Of a DNA stretch of 64,000 nt, positions 36,472 through 45,739 are shown piece by piece. Position numbers and translations under genes: made by a program. The DNA is from Minisyncoccota bacterium. Lineage in GTDB: Bacteria; Patescibacteriota; Minisyncoccia; Phycocordibacterales; Phycocordibacteraceae. The notes under the pieces are model-generated. The model did no database searches, was not told the origin of the DNA, and was given only the letters and a program-made list of their open reading frames with translations. The stretch is taken from assembly GCA_036399335.1 (NCBI GenBank), contig DASWNF010000014.1, positions 108,033 to 172,032 of the forward strand, written 5' to 3'. Position 1 is the first letter of the stretch, and each line of letters begins with the position of its first letter.

Positions 36472-38043
36472 TTACGGTTGGGCAGTGGTCGCCGTAAGCC
36501 GAGCGACCAGGGCTGTAAAGGCCGCTTCGTCCCGCACGATGATGAGGGTCTGGCGGTCAGCATACCCATAGAGGATAAGCGAGCGGCCGGAACGGTCGCG
36601 GAGCACGCGTACGTCGTGGTTCGCAACGACTGCGTCGACGAAGTTTTGCGGCGCCGGAGGCAGGAGCGGCTGCATGACAATGCTCGAAGTTGCCGTCGTT
36701 GGCGTAACGGGCTCAGGCATAACCGTACTTGTCGCATATTCCGGATACCAGAGACCCAGATCGGTAACCATGCGGTTCTCCCAACCGAGCATGCCGGCGA
36801 ATGTCCGCTCATATGAATTCACACGAAGGATGAAGAACGGCCTCGTCTCTCCTCCTGCGGCTATGACGCCGACGGTGCTTGAGAGGTCGACGTTACGCAT
36901 GAGTATGTCCGGAGCACCGAGACTGAGGCGGCGGATGAGCGCACCCCCGGGCTGCGGGGAGTTTGAGAGCCCGAGCGGCGTCGAGCTGGCTTCGGTCACA
37001 TAGGTCACAAGGATGTTCCCTTCGACGAGCGGTTGCCCTGCGGCGTCCGCGAGATCCTGTCGGTAGTTAGGGCCCATGAGTTCCATCTTCTCGTCAGCGT
37101 ATATGAGTGACGGGACGCCAAGCGTAGCCTGCTCCACGTTCCGATTCGTGGTGAACTGGTATGCGGCGAAGAGGCCGCCCGCTCCGAGCACGATAAGGAG
37201 TACGGAAAAGACCACCGGCAGGATGTGCCGTTCTTTCTTGGGCGCGGTGCGGCGGGTACCCGCATCCTTTTCCGCCGCGAGGACGCTGAAGGTAGAGGCG
37301 CGCTGGCTGTCGATGCGATCGGCAAAGTCCGAGGTATACGTGTGAAGCGAAGGTGCCCCCGCATCTTTCTGAAGCGGTATAACTCCGGGCGGCGGCATGG
37401 AGGGAGGCGCAGGCGCAACGTACGGCGGAGGGGCCGGTATGGGCGGAGGAACAGGCGCGGGCGGTATGTAAGCCGGTGGTGCAGGCGGAACATATGCTGG
37501 CTGAGGAGGCGGTGCGGGCGGGGGGGTGTACGCCGGAGGAGGGGGGACAGGTGCTGGCGGAACGTATGGCGGTGGCGGAGGAACAGGCGCGGGCGGCACG
37601 AATACGGGTGTCGGGGGAGGAGGTGGGACTGGAGGAGGTACTGGCCCTGCGGCAACTTTCTGGCGAAGGCGTGCGAGTACGGCTTCGCGCTGTTCGTCGG
37701 CGGATGGTGACGGTGGTGCAGGCGGCGGCGGCGGTTGTGTCGGTGCTGGCGGCGTGGGTGCCGGCCTTCGCACGGTAAAGATGTCTGCACTGTCGTCCTT
37801 CGAGAGCTCGAGAGTTTCTTGTGGGAAGTCGTGCACGATACCGCCCGGCCGATTTACGGGGGATGCATCGAACTCCGGCAAGGTAACGCTGTCGGCAGCG
37901 GGAGCTGCGGGCTTCGGGGACTGGGGCACCGGCTGGTTCGTAAGCCGAGCCACGTCTTTCGCATACGTACGGATGTACGGCGACATGTCGCGCGAGGGAT
38001 CGTTTCCTTGGTTTTGGTCTCCCGCAGGGGTAGCGTCAGCCAT
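36472..38043 (-). CDS. proline-rich bitopic membrane protein
   Basis: Long Pro-rich cytoplasmic region, one TM, C-terminal YERTFAGML.WE and N.DVRVL motifs. Confidence 0.8.
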   Translation of the reverse strand: MADATPAGDQNQGNDPSRDMSPYIRTYAKDVARLTNQPVPQSPKPAAPAADSVTLPEFDASPVNRPGGIVHDFPQETLELSKDDSADIFTVRRPAPTPPAPTQPPPPPAPPSPSADEQREAVLARLRQKVAAGPVPPPVPPPPPTPVFVPPAPVPPPPPYVPPAPVPPPPAYTPPPAPPPQPAYVPPAPPAYIPPAPVPPPIPAPPPYVAPAPPSMPPPGVIPLQKDAGAPSLHTYTSDFADRIDSQRASTFSVLAAEKDAGTRRTAPKKERHILPVVFSVLLIVLGAGGLFAAYQFTTNRNVEQATLGVPSLIYADEKMELMGPNYRQDLADAAGQPLVEGNILVTYVTEASSTPLGLSNSPQPGGALIRRLSLGAPDILMRNVDLSSTVGVIAAGGETRPFFILRVNSYERTFAGMLGWENRMVTDLGLWYPEYATSTVMPEPVTPTTATSSIVMQPLLPPAPQNFVDAVVANHDVRVLRDRSGRSLILYGYADRQTLIIVRDEAAFTALVARLTATTAQP

Positions 38044-38105
38044 TTCTCCTTATATTACACACAAAGCCCCATAAACGGGGCTTTGTGTGTGTAGACTGGG
38101 GCGAT

Positions 38106-38621
38106 TTAGCCTCGCTGGCCTATCAGGAACTTCTTCGGGTCTTCGCACATGTCGGTAAAGGCATGGGCGGCTTCCTTGAGCTTGGCGCTTGAGGACTTGC
38201 CGAAGGAGATGACTTCGACCTGGCAGCCCATGTTCATGTCTAAGTACTCGATAAGCGGCACGAAGTCGCCGTCCCCGGTCGCGAGGATGACGGTATCCAG
38301 TTTCGGGGCGAGCTTTACGGCGTCGATGGCGATGCCCACGTCCCAGTCGGCCTTCTTGGCGCCATCCGAGAATATCTGGAGTCCTTTTACCTTCGTCTCG
38401 ATACCGATCTTGGTGAGTGCGTCGAAGAAAGCACCCTCTTCGCCGCCTTCGGTCGAAATGACGTAGGCGATGGCGCGCACGAGGACGCGGTCCCCCACTG
38501 CCTCGGCGAGGACGTTGGCGAAGTTTACGCGAGTCTTATAAAGGTGCTTGGCGCTATGGTAGAGGTTCTGCGTATCGATAAATACGCCTACGCGCTGCGC
38601 TGGATGTTTGATAACGGCCAT
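38106..38621 (-). CDS. NYN domain protein (LabA/DUF88)
   Basis: VFIDTQNLY, KADWDVGIAID, TGDGDFVPL. Confidence 0.92.
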   Translation of the reverse strand: MAVIKHPAQRVGVFIDTQNLYHSAKHLYKTRVNFANVLAEAVGDRVLVRAIAYVISTEGGEEGAFFDALTKIGIETKVKGLQIFSDGAKKADWDVGIAIDAVKLAPKLDTVILATGDGDFVPLIEYLDMNMGCQVEVISFGKSSSAKLKEAAHAFTDMCEDPKKFLIGQRG

Positions 38622-38764
38622 ACAAATCTGGGTTATGTGTGGCGGTCCGTAGTCCGGACTGCCCTAAGTGTTATTAAAATGTGGTGGGCGAGTGCGCCAC
38701 TCCATTCAGCTTACCATCCGAAGCCTTGTAAAAAGCAAATGCCCGGGAAGCTCCCGGGCACCGG

Positions 38765-39031
38765 CTACTTCTTCAACCCCAGCTTCTTGATGAGGGCCGA
38801 GTACTGGCGCTTGTTGCTCTTCTCCAGGTAACGGAGGTGCGTGCGACGGTCGGCGACCATCTGCAAGAGTCCGCGGCGGGAGTGAAAGTCCTTCTGGTTC
38901 TTCTTGAGATGCTTCGTGAGCTCCTCAATCTGACGGGACAAAAGCGCTACCTGCACCGACACGGAGCCGGTATCAGCAGTATGCTCGGCCGCACCCTTGA
39001 TGGTGGCGGTCTTTACTCGTTTGGTAAGCAT
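38765..39031 (-). CDS. rpsO: 30S ribosomal protein S15
   Basis: [27 protein letters not shown]. Confidence 0.96.
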   Translation of the reverse strand: MLTKRVKTATIKGAAEHTADTGSVSVQVALLSRQIEELTKHLKKNQKDFHSRRGLLQMVADRRTHLRYLEKSNKRQYSALIKKLGLKK

Positions 39032-39145
39032 TGAGCCTACCTTACCACACCTTGACTATTTATGCAAGTGTACCGAAAAAGCGGAGCGGTCAGTCTCGAG
39101 CCTGAGCTAAACATTGTGCGAAGCTCCAGATGCTACACTTTTACC

Positions 39146-40057
39146 ATGCAAGCCGAGCCCATGAAGCGACAATTCCTCGAATATATCGAGATCGAGCGCG
39201 GCCGTGCCGTGAAGACCATAGAAAACTATGACCATTACCTCACCCGCTTCTTCGCGCAGATGAACATCACGGATACGTCGGACATTACCGAAGACCGCGT
39301 ACGCGAATTTCGCATGTGGCTTAATCGCCAGCCGGGCGTGTCGGGCTCAATGAAGCGTCGTACCCAGAATTATTACCTCATCGCGCTCCGTGCCTTCCTC
39401 AAGTACTTGCGGAAGCGCGATGTCGTCGCGCTGTCCCCCGAAAAGATAGAGCTCGCAAAACTCCCCGAGCGTTCACTCGACCTCATAAGTTCCGCCGAAC
39501 TCGAGCGGCTGATGGACGCTACCAAGGGCGACGATATCAAGGCCTTCCGCGACCGCGCCATCCTCGAACTCCTTTTCTCGACTGGCCTTCGCGTCTCCGA
39601 GCTCTGTTCGCTCGATAGCGACCTCGACCTCACGCGCGATGAGTTCTCCGTCCGCGGTAAGGGCGACAAGGTTCGTGTCGTATTCTTGTCGCCGGCCGCA
39701 AAGGAATCCGTACGCACGTACCTGGCAGCACGGAAGGACATGGAGGAGGCGCTCTTCGTCAGTACGCCCCGCGGCGGCAAGGGCGGAGGTCCCATGTCCG
39801 TGCCTACCCGACTTACTCCCCGCTCGATAGAGATGCTCATCAAGACCTACGCCACCAAGGCCGGCATAACGAAGAAGGTCACGCCCCACGTCCTTCGCCA
39901 CTCCTTCGCAACGGACCTCTTAAGTAACGGTGCGGACATCCGTTCCGTACAGCAGCTTCTCGGGCATGCCTCCATAAACACCACCCAGATCTATACGCAC
40001 GTCACCGACGCCCACCTCCGAGAGGTGCATAAGAAGTTCCACTCCCGCAGCCGCTAG
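39146..40057 (+). CDS. XerC/XerD-family tyrosine recombinase
   Basis: RDRAILELLFSTGLRVSEL, GKG.K.R, TPH.LRHSFATDLL.NGADIRSVQ.LLGH.SI.TTQIYTH. Confidence 0.93.
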   Translation: MQAEPMKRQFLEYIEIERGRAVKTIENYDHYLTRFFAQMNITDTSDITEDRVREFRMWLNRQPGVSGSMKRRTQNYYLIALRAFLKYLRKRDVVALSPEKIELAKLPERSLDLISSAELERLMDATKGDDIKAFRDRAILELLFSTGLRVSELCSLDSDLDLTRDEFSVRGKGDKVRVVFLSPAAKESVRTYLAARKDMEEALFVSTPRGGKGGGPMSVPTRLTPRSIEMLIKTYATKAGITKKVTPHVLRHSFATDLLSNGADIRSVQQLLGHASINTTQIYTHVTDAHLREVHKKFHSRSR

Positions 40058-40389
40058 GGAGTGCACGCGCAAGGCTTTGTTTTCAACAGCTCGCGCTGCG
40101 TAGCGATGTCGTCGATATAGTCGTTCTGGATCTGCTTCCCTCCGGCGAGCTTCTTATCAAGCGGCGAGGCGTGGTTGTAGCCGCGCGCTTCCATCTCACG
40201 CACGAGCGCTTCGTGCCTCGTGTAGAGGGCTGCCGTCTTCCCCACCCAGCGTTTCGTCTCCGGATGGTTGGCGTAGCCGCCTTTCCCTTTGTGCTTGGTC
40301 AGGATGTTCCAAAGCCCGTGGAGCTCACGGTGCTCGCCGAGCAAATGCTGTCGGCATAATTCCTCTGGCGGGACGTCCCAAATTCTCAT
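40054..40389 (-). CDS. pyrimidine dimer DNA glycosylase/endonuclease V family protein
   Basis: MRIWD..P..LCRQHLLGEHRELH, HPET.RW, EM..RGY.H. Confidence 0.85.
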   Translation of the reverse strand: MRIWDVPPEELCRQHLLGEHRELHGLWNILTKHKGKGGYANHPETKRWVGKTAALYTRHEALVREMEARGYNHASPLDKKLAGGKQIQNDYIDDIATQRELLKTKPCACTP

Positions 40390-40442
40390 CTTTCGAGTAT
40401 ACCGCCGAAGCGAACGGCCGATCTTCGCCTTAGCCCAGGGCC

Positions 40443-41090
40443 CTATTTCTTTTTACCCACAAATCGCACGAGGTTTGAGTTGCCGAGCGCCCGGTCCTTA
40501 TAAGTCTCTCCGAGTTCGTCAAGGATTATAGGATTGAAATCCCCTACGTATGCGCTTAACGACTGGGCACTAAAGTACCGCTTCTTTACTCCATCAACTA
40601 AAAAATACCCGTCCTCAATAAATGTTCCTTTCCCAAACTCAGCATCATGTACGGAGTTAAGTAGGAGCGTTAAGACTCCACCCTCCTTAAGTACTCGCGC
40701 GAATTCGCCGATAAGAGTTCGTGTTTCAACCTCCGTAAAATAGTGTGCGGCGAGATGTGAGTGCACTACGTCAAACTCCCCGTCTTGAAATGGCAGCCTC
40801 GAAGCGAGGTCAGCTTCGATAAAAGATAGGCGGCTCGCCAATACAGGTGGAGTCTTCTCAATCGCCTTTTGTATTCCTGCAGGAGCAAAGTCCATTCCGG
40901 TCACGTGGTATCCCCTTCCAGCAAAAAATCTTGAGTCCTGCCCTTGTCCACAACCGGCGTCCAGTACTTTTCCTTCCGCTGGGAAATATTCAAGTACGGA
41001 CTCAGCGAATAGGGTCGGCTTATGTATCCAATCGGTGTGTGCGTACCGCTCGTGGGCCTCGTCCCAGTACGGCTTCGGCGCTATTACCAT
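40443..41090 (-). CDS. class I SAM-dependent methyltransferase
   Basis: VLDAGCGQGQD, FDVV, RVLKEGG; lower GC. Confidence 0.9.
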   Translation of the reverse strand: MVIAPKPYWDEAHERYAHTDWIHKPTLFAESVLEYFPAEGKVLDAGCGQGQDSRFFAGRGYHVTGMDFAPAGIQKAIEKTPPVLASRLSFIEADLASRLPFQDGEFDVVHSHLAAHYFTEVETRTLIGEFARVLKEGGVLTLLLNSVHDAEFGKGTFIEDGYFLVDGVKKRYFSAQSLSAYVGDFNPIILDELGETYKDRALGNSNLVRFVGKKK

Positions 41091-41104
41091 GCTCCAATAC
41101 TACA

Positions 41105-41133
41105 TTACTGCCGGATTCTGAAATGATGGAACC
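41105..41133 (+). repeat. cassette-boundary repeat (degenerate)
   Basis: TTACTGCCGGATTCTGAAATGATGGAACC. Confidence 0.45.
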
Positions 41134-41182
41134 TTTCTACAACTATGATAGGTTGGGAACCAGAACTGCGAGGGAGGATTCC

Positions 41183-41503
41183 GTGAGAATGATAAGCCTT
41201 AGCCTCCCGCTTGGTGTGGGAGACAATCGAATCGATGCATTTTGGTCCGTATTGGCCGCAGAAATTAATGCCCGTGGAGGCTTGGCTCAAGGACAGGTCG
41301 ACTTCTTCACCCATCCAACGAAAATCAGGTCGGTGTATGTCTTGGTGTATGAGGCCGTGGTCATTGACCTGATCACTGACGCACTCCGTGAAGCCTTGGG
41401 TTCCACGTGGCCCGAACACACTAACCTCTATGTAATTGAGTCCTTGGTTCGAGGGGAAAGCATCGTTCGTCTAGGCATGGTCCGCGGTGGGAAAGGAGAT
41501 TAA
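41183..41503 (+). CDS. hypothetical protein
   Basis: SD GGGAGG then GTG/ATG; terminator AAGCCCCT/AGGGGCTT-CTTTT at ~41517-41543. Confidence 0.55.
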   Translation: MRMISLSLPLGVGDNRIDAFWSVLAAEINARGGLAQGQVDFFTHPTKIRSVYVLVYEAVVIDLITDALREALGSTWPEHTNLYVIESLVRGESIVRLGMVRGGKGD

Positions 41504-41546
41504 TGACACCAAGTAAAAGCCCCTGCAATGAGGGGCTTCTTTTATC

Positions 41547-41568
41547 TTGGCAGAATAGGTTCCAGACC
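41547..41568 (+). repeat. island right-end tRNA-3'-like site (degenerate)
   Basis: TTGGCAGAATAGGTTCCAGACC, similar to 8252 and 55554. Confidence 0.45.
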
Positions 41569-41591
41569 TTTGGGTGGTATAGAATGCGGGC

Positions 41592-42359
41592 ATGAAAATC
41601 GTTTCCTGGAACGTTAACGGCCTGCGCTCCGTCGCCCGGAACGGCTACTGGCAGCCCTTCCTGAAGGCCGCGAAGCCCGACGTTATCTGCCTCCAGGAAG
41701 TTAAGGCGGAGCCTGACCAGCTGCCGGACGACGTGCGCGAGGTCGGCGGGTTCTCGTCTTTCTTCTCCCCCTGTCAGATCAAAAAAGGATATAGCGGTGT
41801 TGCGCTGTATTCGCGTATCGAGCCCCTGTCAGTCATATATGGCATGGGTATAAAGGAGTTCGACCAGGAAGGGCGGCTAATCGGGGCCGAATACGAGGAC
41901 TTTTGGCTCTTAAACATCTACTTCCCAAACGGCGGACGGGGCCCCGAGAGGCTGGACTTCAAGCTCCGGTATTACGAAGCCTTCCTCGCCTTTTGCGAAG
42001 GGCTGCGTAAAAGTAAGCCGGTGGTCTTTTGCGGCGATGTGAACACTGCTCACTTCCCTATCGATCTTGCTCGCCCTACCCAAAACCAAAACAACACGGG
42101 CTTCCTCCCTATCGAGCGGAAGTGGATGGACGAGCTGGTCGACGCCGGTTACGTGGACACCTTCCGTCATTTTTATCCCAAAAAGATAGAAGCATATTCA
42201 TACTGGGATACGTTCACCCATGCCCGCGAACGCAACGTAGGATGGCGCATCGACTACTTTTTTGCCGCCGAAGAATTCTTGAGACATATCCAAAAAGCCG
42301 AAATACATACGGAAATATTTGGTTCCGACCACTGCCCCGTGTCCGTTACATTAAAGTAG
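41592..42359 (+). CDS. xth: exodeoxyribonuclease III
   Basis: SWNVNGLR, CLQE.K, GYSGVA, EGR, YFPNG, GDVNTAH, GWRIDYF, SDHCPV. Confidence 0.96.
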   Translation: MKIVSWNVNGLRSVARNGYWQPFLKAAKPDVICLQEVKAEPDQLPDDVREVGGFSSFFSPCQIKKGYSGVALYSRIEPLSVIYGMGIKEFDQEGRLIGAEYEDFWLLNIYFPNGGRGPERLDFKLRYYEAFLAFCEGLRKSKPVVFCGDVNTAHFPIDLARPTQNQNNTGFLPIERKWMDELVDAGYVDTFRHFYPKKIEAYSYWDTFTHARERNVGWRIDYFFAAEEFLRHIQKAEIHTEIFGSDHCPVSVTLK

Positions 42360-42537
42360 TTTAAAGGACATATCCCCAGGTATGTCCTTTACAATGTCCT
42401 ATAGAGGAATAGACTGCTAACAGACGGCTGATCTTTGCTTAATGCACCTGTACCTTGAATCAGGTGTCCGTAACGTGTTTGTCCCTCCCGCTAACGAATC
42501 GGGCGATCCCCGCATATAAAGAGAGTGAGGCAGGACT

Positions 42538-43329
42538 TGTTACACGTGAAAGACACAATCAAAATCGAAACCATCCAGAACCGAATTCTCCCTGGAGACC
42601 AAACCAATCCCTGCCCAACTCAATACCCCGGTCTTCAATGGTTCCACGACGGTTACAACGCAAGAGGCCGCGCAGAGCGATTTCATCCCCCATGGAATCC
42701 CTCTTCGCGGCCTCTTTTCTTATTCTATTTGTTACACGCGAAACATAAATCCTGACGTTTCGCGTGAAAACTAGCTAACGTGGTGTTTTTTAAGGATTTC
42801 TTGTACTTCTGCTTCTTCGCGCTCTTCCCTCTTTTTCTTACCTTCGTCCCCGAGTAGCTTAAGTTCTTGGTCCGGGAGCTCCAATAGTCTCAATGCCTGA
42901 GCCTCTAGGTATTCCGTGGTGTTTTTAGAAGGTTCCTCTAATACCTCCTCAAGTAAGGCGTTGAGAGTCCAGCCAATCCGGGGTCCAGGTTGCACGTGTA
43001 ACTTAGTCATAAATACATTTCCGTCGATATTAAGCCTTTTCACAGAGATTGGGTCGCGTAGCGCCTCGTCCACCATGGCCTTGTATTTACGGAAGCGGAA
43101 TGGTTGCTCCTTAGGGCGCCCAGTACCGATGCGGTCACAAATACGCAGGTTCAGAAGATCCCATATATGCTCCTCACCGACGTTACGTATCATCCTGCGG
43201 ACAGCAGAAAGGCTTATTTGGTCTGGATCTGAGAAAAACATGTGCCAGCGCACCAATTTGCTTACCTTTTCTATTGTTTCGCGTGAAAAGCGCAGGTCAT
43301 TAAGTGCGGAACGTGTTACACGTGAACCC
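42538..43329. promoter_or_regulatory. cluster of parS-like palindromes
   Basis: Six near-matches to TGTTTCACGTGAAACA at 42538, 42730, 42756, 42988, 43275 and 43314. Confidence 0.75.
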
Positions 43330-44234
43330 ACCACTTCATGGCCGTGGAAGGTCCAATCTTTCTTTTCGTCAGACCAGCGGCGCGTTTCGGGCTTTGAAAT
43401 ATCGTGAAACAGAGCTGCAAGTCGTGTGTCAAATTCCCAGCCCTTATCTGCGGCGTGTTGAAGGGCCCTAAGGTTATGCTCAAATACCGTATAACTATGA
43501 GCCTGGTTTTGGTCTATGCCGATTCCACGGAGCAAGTCCGGGGCAATGTATTCAAGAAGGCCTAGCTGCTGACAGAGTATGAGCGCCATCATTGGCTGGT
43601 CAGAGTTGAGGATGCGTACGAATTCGTCACGAATGCGCTCTTTTGATATGTGGCTTAGGTTTGGCGCCTTAACCTGTATTGCGGCAGCCGTGTCGGTGTT
43701 GAGCGCAAACCCGAGTTCTGCCACCAATCGGACAGCCCGCATAAGACGCAATGCGTCCTCCTCAAAGCGTTCAAGCGGGTCACGGACTGTCCGCAGTACC
43801 TTAAGCTCAATGTCTTTTTGGCCTTGATAGGGATCTACCAAGTGATTCCGCAAATCGTCGTACGCGAGGGCGTTAATAGTGAAGTCGCGACGCGCAAGGT
43901 CTTCTTCGAGGCTTTCGCCGAAGGCGACGGCGTCTGGCCGGCGTTTATCCGAGTACCCGGCTTCAGTGCGGTAGGGAGTTACTTCGATGATGGCTAACCG
44001 GAGGTCTTCCGAGCCTGTCTTCACGCCGACCGTGCCAAAGTCGTTCTCATAGAAGGAGTCGGGGAAGGCGGCTTGGATATCTTGCGGCTTCGCGTTCGTG
44101 GTCACGTCCCAGTCCTTGGGGGCGCGGCCTATGAGTAAGTCCCGTACGCAGCCGCCGACGAGGTAGGCTTCGAAGCCCGCCTCACGGAGTTTTCCCGATA
44201 CGGCAGCTACCTCCTCAGGAACCTTAAAATGCAT
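42771..44234 (-). CDS. cca: CCA tRNA nucleotidyltransferase with HD domain
   Basis: YLVGGCVRDLL, DWDVTT, DLARRDFTINA, RF.EDALRLMRA, ERIRDEF, HD.SKP. Confidence 0.95.
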   Translation of the reverse strand: MHFKVPEEVAAVSGKLREAGFEAYLVGGCVRDLLIGRAPKDWDVTTNAKPQDIQAAFPDSFYENDFGTVGVKTGSEDLRLAIIEVTPYRTEAGYSDKRRPDAVAFGESLEEDLARRDFTINALAYDDLRNHLVDPYQGQKDIELKVLRTVRDPLERFEEDALRLMRAVRLVAELGFALNTDTAAAIQVKAPNLSHISKERIRDEFVRILNSDQPMMALILCQQLGLLEYIAPDLLRGIGIDQNQAHSYTVFEHNLRALQHAADKGWEFDTRLAALFHDISKPETRRWSDEKKDWTFHGHEVVGSRVTRSALNDLRFSRETIEKVSKLVRWHMFFSDPDQISLSAVRRMIRNVGEEHIWDLLNLRICDRIGTGRPKEQPFRFRKYKAMVDEALRDPISVKRLNIDGNVFMTKLHVQPGPRIGWTLNALLEEVLEEPSKNTTEYLEAQALRLLELPDQELKLLGDEGKKKREEREEAEVQEILKKHHVS

Positions 44235-44291
44235 AGGAAAATAGTAGTATGCGTTAACTGTTTTTCCTAACGTATAGTATTGTGCGGTTAC

Positions 44292-44363
44292 GCCCCTGTA
44301 GTGAAATGGATATCACAACAGTCTTCGGAACTGTCGTTCTAGGTTCGAATCCTGGCGGGGGCA
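44292..44363 (+). tRNA. tRNA-Arg(TCG)
   Basis: Cloverleaf; anticodon arm ACAGT-CTTCGGA-ACTGT; T-loop GGTTCGAATCC. Confidence 0.93.
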
Positions 44364-44402
44364 CTAGAAAATAGGCGCAGCTTTGTGTATGATGCTTTCG
44401 AA

Positions 44403-44473
44403 GCGGATATGGTTTAGTGGTAAAACGCGTCCTTGCCAAGGACGAGTCGGGAGTTCGATTCTCCCTATCCGCA
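44403..44473 (+). tRNA. tRNA-Gly(GCC)
   Basis: Acceptor GCGGATA/TATCCGC; CGTCC-TTGCCAA-GGACG. Confidence 0.95.
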
Positions 44474-44657
44474 CTACTAAGAGTTAGGAAGGTAGGGTTG
44501 GTCTTAAATATCAAAAACCGTTACGGACGCGTTAACTTCTCTTCATCAAAAGAGGGGATAAAGGTGTTAATACTGGGGATAAAGGACAGCCTGAAAGTCA
44601 GGAATATTTTAGAAAGTCTTAAACAAATGCCGTACCTAGGCCGTATATGTTAAGGGC

Positions 44658-45050
44658 GTGGATATTACGGGTTATACAAGAAAAGACATAGGCAACCTTG
44701 GTGAACGGGTAGCGGCGGAATACGCCCGGAGGCTCGGATTCACCGTAATTGCACGAAACGTAGCTAGGAAAACCGGCGAATTAGATGTCGTGGCGCGAAA
44801 GGGCAAGGTGCTTCACGTCATAGAAGTGAAGACACTTGTCTGCGAAGAATTCCCAACCGCACACGCCAATCGGCATCATCCTGGGGATAACCTGCACCTG
44901 TATAAGATCCGGAAGGTAGCGAGAACTGCGGAGTGGTATGTAGCCGATATTAAGTGGGCAGGGGAGTGGCAAGTCGACGGAGTGCTCGTGTGGCTCAGAA
45001 AGCGCGACGCGCTCGCGAAGGTGCGTTATGTGCCGCAAATTATTCAATAA
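44658..45050 (+). CDS. YraN family endonuclease-like protein
   Basis: G..GE..AAEY...G...IARN....GELDVVA.....L..IEVK. Confidence 0.88.
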   Translation: MDITGYTRKDIGNLGERVAAEYARRLGFTVIARNVARKTGELDVVARKGKVLHVIEVKTLVCEEFPTAHANRHHPGDNLHLYKIRKVARTAEWYVADIKWAGEWQVDGVLVWLRKRDALAKVRYVPQIIQ

Positions 45051-45123
45051 CATGGTACGCTGTGCGGAATCGGCTACCGCTTCCAAGCCGATGTCCCTGG
45101 CAATGGAGGTGGAGGCAATAATT

Positions 45124-45194
45124 CGGGCCGTAGTATACCGGTAGTACGTCTGCTTTGGGAGCAGATAGACCGAGTTCGATTCTCGGCGGCCCGA
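45124..45194 (+). tRNA. tRNA-Pro(TGG)
   Basis: Acceptor CGGGCCG/CGGCCCG; TCTGC-TTTGGGA-GCAGA. Confidence 0.93.
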
Positions 45195-45224
45195 CAACTA
45201 AAAGTGTGGTATTCTCGCCCTGTA

Positions 45225-45298
45225 GCGGGATTAGTTTAATGGTAGAACATCAGTTTTCCAAACTGAGAGCAGGAGTCCGATTCTCCTATCCCGCACCA
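45225..45298 (+). tRNA. tRNA-Gly(TCC)
   Basis: Acceptor GCGGGAT/ATCCCGC with encoded CCA; TCAGT-TTTCCAA-ACTGA; T-loop TCCGATT. Confidence 0.9.
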
Positions 45299-45421
45299 GG
45301 TTAGTAACAAGAAAAGGCAGTCCTAGGAACTGCCTTTTCTTGTTGAAACAGAGAACCACGGCTCTTCATTACCGGACCAGCTTCATGCAAAACGCGTTTA
45401 GAAAAGTGCTACTATCAAGGC

Positions 45422-45655
45422 ATGAATTTTAACGGGCCGCCTCGGCCATCGGAAGCCCCAAAAGGACCAGTGATTGGGCCGGACGAAAAGGACATTCTGA
45501 CTGTCCTTAAGGAACTCGAGGCAAGGAAAGCGGGGATTGCCCTTCCTGAAGAGGCTGCCGACGAAACCCTGGAAGACACATTAGAAACGGATGCTTTCGG
45601 TTCTGCAGACCTCGGAGACCTCGTCCGGAAGTTTGAAGAAGAAAGGGAAGGGTAG
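45422..45655 (+). CDS. small acidic hypothetical protein
   Basis: 77 aa; TACTAT 6 nt before ATG. Confidence 0.6.
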   Translation: MNFNGPPRPSEAPKGPVIGPDEKDILTVLKELEARKAGIALPEEAADETLEDTLETDAFGSADLGDLVRKFEEEREG

Positions 45656-45739
45656 GAAGCCCTTCCCTTCATGCTCTCTGCATGATAGGTATGGTAGAGA
45701 TTGCAGAGTTTACTTAATTACCACCTAGTCATATTACCC

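Noticed and set aside
37380-37760. G-rich quasi-repeats as a DNA-level element
   Set aside because: Explained by proline codons of the minus-strand Pro-rich protein.
42455-42755. Two short plus-strand ORFs between xth and cca
   Set aside because: No recognisable motifs or start signals; the region is better explained by the parS-like sites.
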